Below are positions 56,438-64,000 of a DNA stretch of 64,000 nt, in pieces. Source of the stretch: Mycobacterium sp. (GTDB lineage: Bacteria; Actinomycetota; Actinomycetes; Mycobacteriales; Mycobacteriaceae); assembly GCF_025965975.1 (NCBI RefSeq), contig NZ_JAOPVX010000020.1; one strand, 5' to 3'. How positions within the stretch are numbered: the stretch's first letter is position 1; each line of letters opens with the position of its first letter. The position numbers were made by a program, and so were the translations under genes. Below the pieces are notes generated by a model, which was not told the origin of the DNA, did not search any database, and worked only from the letters and a program-made list of their open reading frames with translations.

Positions 56438-56974
56438 CTAACGCTCGGCCAGCAAGAGCAGTGTCCACGCGGCAATGGACTGGGCGTCGGTGATGTCGCT
56501 GTTGCGGATCATCCGTTCCAGGTCCACGCGGGAGAACCACTCGCTGTGCATGTCCTGCTCCTCGAGCTCGCGGTCGTGCGCCCCTTCGGTGATGTCCGTC
56601 GCGAGAAACACCCAGCCGCGCTGGCTGCTCATCCCCGGCGCGAGGTCGAGTGTCCCGAGGAAGTCCATGGCGCCTGCCCGCAACCCGGTCTCCTCGCGCA
56701 ACTCGCGGGCGGCCAGTTCGGTGGGATCGAGGTACTCCTGCCCTGGCGCGGTGCCCTGCGGAAATTCCCAACGCCGCATGCCCAGCGGATAGCGGAACTG
56801 TTCGACCAGGTGGAAGCGGTCGCCGTCACGCGGGATCACCAGCGCATACGTGGGCTTGTCGATCACGGCATAGATGCCTGCGCTGCCGTCGGGACGCCGG
56901 ATGTCGTCCTCGCGCAGCGTCAGCCAATTGTTCCGGTACACCTCGCGCGACGCCACCCGATGGATCTGGTTCAC
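56438..56974 (-). CDS. NUDIX hydrolase (ADP-ribose pyrophosphatase-like)
   Basis: VEQFRYP, WEFPQG, ARELREETG, ELEEQD. Confidence 0.88.
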   Translation of the reverse strand: MNQIHRVASREVYRNNWLTLREDDIRRPDGSAGIYAVIDKPTYALVIPRDGDRFHLVEQFRYPLGMRRWEFPQGTAPGQEYLDPTELAARELREETGLRAGAMDFLGTLDLAPGMSSQRGWVFLATDITEGAHDRELEEQDMHSEWFSRVDLERMIRNSDITDAQSIAAWTLLLLAER

Positions 56975-57017
56975 GCGCCAAGTATCGCCTCGGCGCCATA
57001 TGGGTAACCTCACGGTC

Positions 57018-58424
57018 GTGCTCCTGGCCTCGCTCAATCCCGCCGCGGTCGCAGGCGGCGCCGATATCGGCGATGCGGTGCGCATCGACGGCGCCATGCT
57101 GAGCCGCAGCGATCTCGTCGGCGCAGCGACGTCGGTGGCCGAGCGGGTCGCCGCGGCGCAGCGGGTCGCGGTGCTCGCCACTCCGACCGCGGCAACGGTG
57201 CTTGCGATCACCGGGTGTCTGATCGCCGGGGTGCCCGTCGTCCCTGTCCCCGCCGATGTCGGCGCCGCCGAACGTCGTCACATCATCACCGACTCGGGCG
57301 CGCAGGCGTGGCTGGGGGAGAGGCCGAAGGAGGCCGACGACCTGCCGCACATCCCGGTGCGCGTGCACGCCCGGTCGTGGCACCGCTACGCCGAGCCGCC
57401 ACAGGACGCGACCGCGTTGATCATCTACACCTCGGGCACTACCGGTCCGCCCAAGGGCGTGGTGGTGAGCCGGCGCGCCATCGCCGCCGACATCGACATG
57501 CTCGCCGAGGCCTGGCAGTGGACACCCGACGACATCCTGGTGCACGGGCTTCCGCTGTATCACGTGCATGGCCTTGTGCTTGGGCTACTCGGCTCACTGC
57601 GGATCGGAAATCGGTTCGTGCACACCGGAAAACCGGCGCCTGTGGCGTATGCGGCGGCGGGTGGCTCGATGTATTTCGGGGTGCCGACGGTGTGGTCGCG
57701 AGTCGTCGACGACGCCGACGCGGCGCGGGCCCTCGCGTCGGCCCGGCTGCTGGTGTCGGGCAGCGCAGCGCTTCCGATGCCGGTCTTCGACGGGCTGGCC
57801 CGGTTGACCGGGCACCACCCGGTGGAACGCTACGGCAGCACCGAATCGCTGATCACGCTGTCCACCCGCGCCGACGGCGAGCGCAGGCCCGGTTCGGTGG
57901 GGCTGCCGTTGGCCGGCGTGCAGACGCGACTGGTCGACGAGGACGGCGCCACCGTGCCGCGTGACGGGGAATCCATTGGGCGCCTGCAGGTTCAGAGCCC
58001 GACGATGTTCGAGGGCTACCTCAACAGTCCGGACGCCACCGCCGAGGCTTTCGACGCCGACGGCTGGTACCGCACCGGCGATGTCGGGGTGATCGACGAC
58101 GTAGGCATGCACCGCATCGTCGGCCGCGAGTCGGTCGACCAGATCAAGACAGGCGGCTTCCGCGTCGGTGCAGGCGAGATCGAGACGGTGCTGCTCGGCC
58201 ACCCCGGCGTGGCCGAGGTCGCAGTGATCGGCGTGCCTGACGACGATCTCGGTCAGCGGATCGTCGCCTTCGTCGTCGGCGATGCCGAACCGCAGGCGTT
58301 GATCGATTTTGTTGCCCAACAGCTTTCGGTGCACAAACGGCCGCGCGAGGTGCGGCTGGTGGACAGCCTGCCCCGCAACGCGATGGGCAAGGTGCTGAAG
58401 AAGGAGTTGGCGGAATGGCCCTGA
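57018..58424 (+). CDS. fadD36: Acyl-CoA synthetase (FadD36-like)
   Basis: YTSGTTGPPKG, YGSTE, YRTGD, GRESVDQIK, RNAMGK. Confidence 0.88.
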   Translation: MLLASLNPAAVAGGADIGDAVRIDGAMLSRSDLVGAATSVAERVAAAQRVAVLATPTAATVLAITGCLIAGVPVVPVPADVGAAERRHIITDSGAQAWLGERPKEADDLPHIPVRVHARSWHRYAEPPQDATALIIYTSGTTGPPKGVVVSRRAIAADIDMLAEAWQWTPDDILVHGLPLYHVHGLVLGLLGSLRIGNRFVHTGKPAPVAYAAAGGSMYFGVPTVWSRVVDDADAARALASARLLVSGSAALPMPVFDGLARLTGHHPVERYGSTESLITLSTRADGERRPGSVGLPLAGVQTRLVDEDGATVPRDGESIGRLQVQSPTMFEGYLNSPDATAEAFDADGWYRTGDVGVIDDVGMHRIVGRESVDQIKTGGFRVGAGEIETVLLGHPGVAEVAVIGVPDDDLGQRIVAFVVGDAEPQALIDFVAQQLSVHKRPREVRLVDSLPRNAMGKVLKKELAEWP

Positions 58425-58765
58425 CGTTCGACGAAATCTGTATCGACGCCGCAGACATCTACGCGCTGGCGGCGTGGTGGGCCAATGTGCTCGGTTGGCC
58501 ACATGAGCCGACCGACGATGGCGACGTTGCGTTGCGCGCGCCCGCAGGCGCAGGGCCTGACTGGCTGTTTGTCACCGTGCCCGACGGCAAGGTCGTCAAG
58601 AATCGCATCCACTTCGACTTCCGGCCCGACGATCAGCAGGCCGAGGTGGATCGCGTCGTCGGGCTAGGGGCGCGGCACGTCGACATCGGCCAGCGCGAGC
58701 AGACCTGGGTGGTGCTTGCCGACCCGGAAGGCAACGAGTTCTGCGTACTCGCCGCGAACGGCTGA
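58415..58765 (+). CDS. VOC (glyoxalase/bleomycin resistance) family protein
   Basis: KNRIHFD, LGARHVD, VLADPEGNEFC. Confidence 0.88.
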   Translation: MALTFDEICIDAADIYALAAWWANVLGWPHEPTDDGDVALRAPAGAGPDWLFVTVPDGKVVKNRIHFDFRPDDQQAEVDRVVGLGARHVDIGQREQTWVVLADPEGNEFCVLAANG

Positions 58766-58918
58766 CCCGTTACGACGTCCCGTGACCGGTTTCGGCCCAC
58801 CGATGGTCTTGGCGATAGGGTGATCCCCGACCGACCCGCCGCTGCGCGGAATTGACACCATTCCCGCGTGTCACCTACACACCGCACACTCGAACGATTG
58901 ATGGCAGAGCTGACAGAC

Positions 58919-59500
58919 ATGGTTACCAGGCTGGCCGCCGCGCTTAGCCTGGTGTCGCTCCTGGCTGCCTGCGCTTCGCCTGAGACGGTGCCCGTTGCAC
59001 CCGTGGCCACCACGGAGTCGACATCCCCTGCCGAGCCGCTCACGATCGGCCCAGCGGCCGCCGATACCTACGACGGCTGGATTCCCGATGGCCAGACCCT
59101 GAGCGCGTTCGATGTGTCGAATCCGGCTTTGGCTCAACTCGATCCGCCGTTGCTCAACGCCATTCAGGACGCGGCCCGCGCGGCGGCGTCTAAGGGCGTC
59201 GACCTGAGGATCACTTCGGGCTGGCGGTCAAAGGGCTTCCAGCAGCGGCTGTTCGACGACGCCGTCGCCAAGTACGGTAGCGTGGACATCGCAAGACAGT
59301 TCGTCGCATCGCCGGACGGGTCCAAACACGTTGTCGGGCAAGCGGTGGACGTGGCACCCGTCGATGCCGACAAGTGGCTGATCCGCAACGGCGCCCGCTT
59401 CGGCCTCTGCCAGATCTACGCCAACGAGCTCTGGCACTTCGAGTTGGCGACCGACCGGCAGGGCAACTGCCCGCCGCTACGACTCAACGCCGCGGGCTGA
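58919..59500 (+). CDS. M15B (VanY-like) D-Ala-D-Ala carboxypeptidase lipoprotein
   Basis: Lipobox LLAAC; ITSGWRS; SKHVVGQAVD; ELWHFE. Confidence 0.88.
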   Translation: MVTRLAAALSLVSLLAACASPETVPVAPVATTESTSPAEPLTIGPAAADTYDGWIPDGQTLSAFDVSNPALAQLDPPLLNAIQDAARAAASKGVDLRITSGWRSKGFQQRLFDDAVAKYGSVDIARQFVASPDGSKHVVGQAVDVAPVDADKWLIRNGARFGLCQIYANELWHFELATDRQGNCPPLRLNAAG

Positions 59501-60781
59501 TCAGCCGCGGGCGAGCTTGTCGATCAGGTCGGCGGCGAGTATCCGGCCCGGTGCGGCCTGCAACCGCTTCGACGCGGCGTCCAGGCGCGCCGCCAACCGC
59601 TGATCACCGCTGAGCCGCTCGATCGTGCCATGCAGTTCGTCGTCGGTGAACTCGTAGGTGGAAAGCCGTACACCGTAGCCACATTCGTCGATCCGCTGCG
59701 CGTTGTCGTACTGATCCCAGAATAGCGGCAACACGATCGTCGGCACTCCGAACGTGAACGCCTCGCCGACAGTGTTGTTGCCGCCATGCGTGATCATCAC
59801 GTCGCACTGGGGCACGATCGCGGTCTGCGGCACGAACTGCTCACCCCACATCCGGTCGCCAAGCGTGAGCTGGTCATGCAGCGGGCCCATCGAGACGATC
59901 ACCCGCTGCGGTGTCTGGTCAAGCGAGTCGATCACCCGCTGCATCAACGGCACATCCATGCAGCCGAGGCTGCCAAGCGACAGGTACACCAGCCTGCCCT
60001 TGCTGCCGACCTTGTCGGCGACGTCGAAGTGGCCGTCGGAGTTGCGGGTGGATGTGTCGATGCGGTGCCACATCGAGCCGAGCGGCCGGGACCGGTCATA
60101 GTCGAGTTCGGCCGGATACATGTAGAGGTTCAGATACGGCGATTCATACTGGAATTGGCCGTCCGGCAACGGCGGTGCGCCGCACTGCTGGTGGAACGCG
60201 GATGACCGCTCGATGAGGGGACCGGTCAGCCGGCGATACTCCGCCAAGAAGTCGTCCCACCCGCTGCGGTCGCGTGACGGGTAGCCCGAGAACACCGGCG
60301 GGATGTCGGGGTCGGCGACCTCAAGGGGATTTGCGGATACCACACGAATCCACGGGCACCCGGCCACCGACACGGACGGGAAACTGGCCACGCAGTCATG
60401 CACGATCGCATCCGGCCGCAGTTCGGACCAGATCTCGGTCAGCCGGTCGTGCGAATACTCGGCGCCGTCGACGAATTCGGCCCAAATGGGTGTGGTCACC
60501 GTCTCCAGCTGCTCGATGGTCGGCCGGCGGAACTGCGGCGACGTCTCACGGACGAACTCGGCCCAGCCGCCGCCGACGGTCTCCTCGCCCTCGGGCGGCG
60601 GCGCCATCCGCATCAGCCGCTCTTCGAACCCACGCTCGGCCAGCTCGCCCTCGAACGACTCCTCGATGACGAAGACCGTGCGGATACCTCGCTCCCGCAA
60701 GTGATTTCCGAGGGCGACGAGGTTGTTGGTCGGCCCCCACGCGCCGGGTTCCGGAAACAGTGCGACGGTCGGCTTGCTCAT
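59501..60781 (-). CDS. GT1 (UDP-glycosyltransferase, MGT-like) glycosyltransferase
   Basis: VYLSLGSLG; PSPG-like box VPQTAIVPQCDVMITHGGNNTVGEAFTFGVPTIVLPLFWDQ. Confidence 0.88.
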   Translation of the reverse strand: MSKPTVALFPEPGAWGPTNNLVALGNHLRERGIRTVFVIEESFEGELAERGFEERLMRMAPPPEGEETVGGGWAEFVRETSPQFRRPTIEQLETVTTPIWAEFVDGAEYSHDRLTEIWSELRPDAIVHDCVASFPSVSVAGCPWIRVVSANPLEVADPDIPPVFSGYPSRDRSGWDDFLAEYRRLTGPLIERSSAFHQQCGAPPLPDGQFQYESPYLNLYMYPAELDYDRSRPLGSMWHRIDTSTRNSDGHFDVADKVGSKGRLVYLSLGSLGCMDVPLMQRVIDSLDQTPQRVIVSMGPLHDQLTLGDRMWGEQFVPQTAIVPQCDVMITHGGNNTVGEAFTFGVPTIVLPLFWDQYDNAQRIDECGYGVRLSTYEFTDDELHGTIERLSGDQRLAARLDAASKRLQAAPGRILAADLIDKLARG

Positions 60782-61017
60782 GACGGCCGAATGTACGCCC
60801 GAACGGTGCCGCCGGTGCTGGTTGTCGCCGACGTTGTGGTGGCGGCCGCGTCGCGACTTGGCGGTACCCCGAACATGCGGCGGTATTCGCGACTGAACTG
60901 CGATGGGCTGTCGTAGCCGACGGTGTGGCCGACGCCGGCGACGTCACGGGGATCGGCCAGTAGGCGTGCGCGGGCCTCAAGCAAGCGAATCCGTTTCTGG
61001 TACTGGATCGGTGTCAT
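60778..61017 (-). pseudogene. AraC-family regulator, C-terminal HTH half only
   Basis: MTPIQYQKRIRLLEAR..VGYDSPSQFSREYRRMFGVPP; N-terminal domain absent; stop overlaps the GT start (ATGA). Confidence 0.8.
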
Positions 61018-61238
61018 CGAAGTCAGCGATTCGCACAGTTCCGTAGTTGGTCCCCGGTAACGGCGATGCAGAACTGGACCATCCCGCCTCGGTCAATGCC
61101 GGTCCAGGCCCACAGATGGGATTCGGCGGCTCCACCGTCGACGGCGTTCACCGCCCGACCTGGGGCACTTTGATCAACAGCGCAATCCGGTACTGAATTG
61201 CCTCGTGCGCAAAGTGTCCGCAAATCGCGGCGGAAAAT

Positions 61239-62183
61239 CTAGTTGGCGTGCAGGGCCTCGTTGAGGGTGATGCCGCTGCCGTCGCGGGCCACCACCTCGA
61301 CGGCACCCGACAGCGAGTTACGCCGGAACAGCAGGTTGTTGGCGCCCGACAGCTCGCGCGCCTTGACCGTCTGGCCGTCGGAGGTCGCCACCTTCGTCCC
61401 CGCCGTCACATACAGGCCGGCCTCGACGACGCAGTCGTCGCCGAGAGAGATGCCCAGCCCGGCGTTGGCGCCGAGCAGGCAGCGCTTGCCGACCGAGATG
61501 ACCTGCGTGCCACCACCGGACAGCGTGCCCATGATCGACGCGCCGCCGCCGACGTCCGAGCCGTCGCCGACGACCACACCCGCCGAGATCCGGCCTTCCA
61601 CCATGGAGCTGCCAAGGGTTCCTGCATTGAAGTTGACGAAGCCCTCATGCATGACGGTGGTGCCCGACGCCAGGTGTGCGCCAAGCCGCACCCGGTCGGC
61701 GTCGGCGATGCGCACGCCGGAGGGCACCACGTAGTCGACCATGCGCGGGAACTTGTCGATGCCGTAGACGGTCACCGGCCCGCGGCGGCGCAGCCGCGCC
61801 CGCACCACCTCGAAGCCATCCACCGCGCACGGCCCGTGGTTGGTCCACACCACGTTGGTCAGGACGGAAAAGAAGCCGTCGGCGTTGAGTCCATGTGGGG
61901 CCACCAGCCGGTGTGAGAGCAGGTGCAGCCGTAGGTAGGCGTCGTAGGCGTCGGTCGTCTTGTCCTCCAGCGACGCGATGGTCGTGCGCACCGCCACCGT
62001 CTCGACATTGCGGTCGTCGTCACGGCCGGTCAGCCCCGCCAGCTGGTCGGGCACCTCGGCGACCGAAAGCCGCACCGTGCCGGACGGACGGTCGGCGCCG
62101 AGTTCGGGTTCCGGGAACCACGTGTCGAGGACGGATCCGTCGGCGGCGATGGTCGCCAGGCCGACCCCAGCGGCAGAAGTCAC
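61239..62183 (-). CDS. dapD: Tetrahydrodipicolinate N-succinyltransferase
   Basis: [50 protein letters not shown]. Confidence 0.95.
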   Translation of the reverse strand: MTSAAGVGLATIAADGSVLDTWFPEPELGADRPSGTVRLSVAEVPDQLAGLTGRDDDRNVETVAVRTTIASLEDKTTDAYDAYLRLHLLSHRLVAPHGLNADGFFSVLTNVVWTNHGPCAVDGFEVVRARLRRRGPVTVYGIDKFPRMVDYVVPSGVRIADADRVRLGAHLASGTTVMHEGFVNFNAGTLGSSMVEGRISAGVVVGDGSDVGGGASIMGTLSGGGTQVISVGKRCLLGANAGLGISLGDDCVVEAGLYVTAGTKVATSDGQTVKARELSGANNLLFRRNSLSGAVEVVARDGSGITLNEALHAN

Positions 62184-62211
62184 GCTGCTAGAGGCTACTC
62201 GACTAGCCTCG

Positions 62212-63285
62212 ATGGCTGTGGGCCTGGATTTGCGCGGCGACCCGATCGCACTGACCGCGGCGCTGGTGGACATCCCAAGTGAGTCGCGGCATGAGCAGCG
62301 CATCGCCGACGAGATAGAGGCCGCGCTCCGCGCGCAGACCACCGGCTTCGAGGTCGTGCGCAACGGCAACGCCGTGCTGGCCCGCACGAAGCTTGGCCGG
62401 CCGTCGCGGGTGTTGTTGGCCGGCCACACCGACACCGTCCCGGCCGCGGACAACCTGCCCGGCAGGCTTGACGACGGCGAGCTTCACGGCTGCGGCACCT
62501 CAGACATGAAGTCCGGCGACGCGGTGTTCCTCCACCTGGCCGCCACGGTCGCCGACCTGAAGCACGACGTCACGCTCGTGATGTACGACTGCGAGGAAAT
62601 CGAGTCGGCGGCCAGCGGTTTGGGACGCATCCAACGCGAGCTGCCCGACTGGCTGCACGCCGACGTCGCCATTCTCGGCGAGCCGTCGGGCGGGTTCATC
62701 GAGGCCGGTTGTCAGGGCACGCTGCGCGTCGTCGTCAGCGCTGCAGGTACCCGCGCACACTCGGCGCGATCGTGGTTGGGCGACAACGCGATTCACAAGC
62801 TCGGCGAGGTGCTGGACCGGCTGTCGGCATATCAGCCCCGCAGCGTCGACATCGACGGCTGCACGTATCGCGAAGGGCTGTCCGCGGTGCGTATCGATGG
62901 CGGTGTGGCAGGCAACGTCATCCCCGACGCGGCGTCGGTGACGGTGAACTTCCGCTTCGCTCCCGACCGCACCATCGAGCAGGCGCTTGAGCATGTGCTG
63001 GACGTGCTCGACGGGCTGGACGTGCAGACCGAAGTGACCGACGCCGCGCAAGGGGCGCTGCCCGGGCTGACCAAGCCGGCCGCCGCCGCGCTCGTCGACG
63101 CGGCCGGCGGCCAAGTGCGCGCCAAGTACGGCTGGACCGACGTCGCGCGCTTCGCGGCGCTTGGCGTCCCTGCCGTCAACTACGGCCCTGGCGACCCGAA
63201 CCTCGCGCACCGCGCCGACGAGCGCGTTGAGGTCGCTCAGATCATCGCGGTGACGGCCGTGCTACGGCGATATCTAACCGGTTGA
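62212..63285 (+). CDS. dapE: Succinyl-diaminopimelate desuccinylase
   Basis: [47 protein letters not shown]. Confidence 0.95.
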   Translation: MAVGLDLRGDPIALTAALVDIPSESRHEQRIADEIEAALRAQTTGFEVVRNGNAVLARTKLGRPSRVLLAGHTDTVPAADNLPGRLDDGELHGCGTSDMKSGDAVFLHLAATVADLKHDVTLVMYDCEEIESAASGLGRIQRELPDWLHADVAILGEPSGGFIEAGCQGTLRVVVSAAGTRAHSARSWLGDNAIHKLGEVLDRLSAYQPRSVDIDGCTYREGLSAVRIDGGVAGNVIPDAASVTVNFRFAPDRTIEQALEHVLDVLDGLDVQTEVTDAAQGALPGLTKPAAAALVDAAGGQVRAKYGWTDVARFAALGVPAVNYGPGDPNLAHRADERVEVAQIIAVTAVLRRYLTG

Positions 63286-63293
63286 CCTGCCCC

Positions 63294-64000
63294 CTAGCCC
63301 GCGCTATGCGCCTGTGCCTTCGCGTCCGTGGCCGAGCGTTTCATTCCGATCGCGTCGAACCGGGCGGACACGTCGTTAAGCGCGCCAGCATCCCTCGCGA
63401 CCACTGCCCGGGCGTGTTGAAGCGCCAACTGTCCAAAGACGCAATCGGTTTCGGCAGCGAGGCGCGCGATTCCGTTGGCCGCTCGGATGTCGCCGAGCCG
63501 GGCCGCGTCATGCAATGCGCGCAGCCCGACCGCTACCTGGCCACCGCGCTCGGCGGCACGCGACGCTTCTCGCGCTGCCGCGACCGCACCATGGTTGTCG
63601 CGTCGGGCCGACATCGTCCAGGCGCGCGCCAGGGCAAGCTCGGGCGCGAACAGCATCGACTTCAGGCCGTGGCGAGATTCGGCCCGCGACAAGATTTTCC
63701 CCGCCTCCGCCGTCTCACCCAGTTGGCCCAGCGCCTGTGCCAGCAGCATCCACGCGAGCGGCCCCCACGAGTATCCGGTCGGCGCAAGGGCCGCTGCCGC
63801 GCCACGCAACAACGACACCGCCGACTCGAGCTCACCCTTGGCGATCAGCACGTCGGCCACCAATACTTCACCGATCGCGCGGCCAGGCTGCTGCAGCTGA
63901 GCAAAGTCGGTGAGCTGCTGGCCCAGCGCCTTGGCACGGTCCAGCTCGCCTGCCATCAGCAGCGCCGTCGTCTGACCGAAGCCGCTGGTGAACCGCAACA
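63294..64000 (-). CDS. C-terminal part of Rv1204c-like ATPase/regulator (5' end beyond window)
   Basis: Frame open to the window edge; helical TPR-like repeats (GPLAWMLLAQAL, LHDAARLGD); synteny after dapE. Confidence 0.6.
   Translation of the reverse strand, partial: LRFTSGFGQTTALLMAGELDRAKALGQQLTDFAQLQQPGRAIGEVLVADVLIAKGELESAVSLLRGAAAALAPTGYSWGPLAWMLLAQALGQLGETAEAGKILSRAESRHGLKSMLFAPELALARAWTMSARRDNHGAVAAAREASRAAERGGQVAVGLRALHDAARLGDIRAANGIARLAAETDCVFGQLALQHARAVVARDAGALNDVSARFDAIGMKRSATDAKAQAHSAG

Overview
High-GC actinobacterial chromosome segment. Gene content and order (echA-mcr-SDR-mmpL-cobB-omt-pimE-phhB-mutT2-typA-lpqW-mshB-fbiC-fadH-padR-fdxC-dapC-pruC/pruA/pruB-fadD36-dapD-dapE) match my recollection of the M. 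tuberculosis Rv1142-Rv1204 region. The nar, PE/PPE, esx and pks-papA-mmpL10 blocks are absent, which suggests a rapid-growing Mycobacterium/Mycolicibacterium. About 68 CDS or pseudogenes; no rRNA, tRNA, CRISPR array or intact IS recognised. The most striking oddities are: (1) the 7Fe ferredoxin fdxC has an in-frame TGA exactly at a conserved cluster-ligand Cys, and the coupled dapC appears to start at ATA; (2) a 32-bp tandem repeat builds an unbroken chain of three ATGA-coupled mini-ORFs between two enzymes; (3) MutT2 is fused to a GNAT acetyltransferase; (4) several small ORFs are missed by the ORF track; (5) several accessory genes are decayed (HicB, flavin monooxygenase, acyltransferase, AraC, SnoaL-like, HTH-less resolvase). 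Product calls come from motif reading and remembered homologues; no database search was run.
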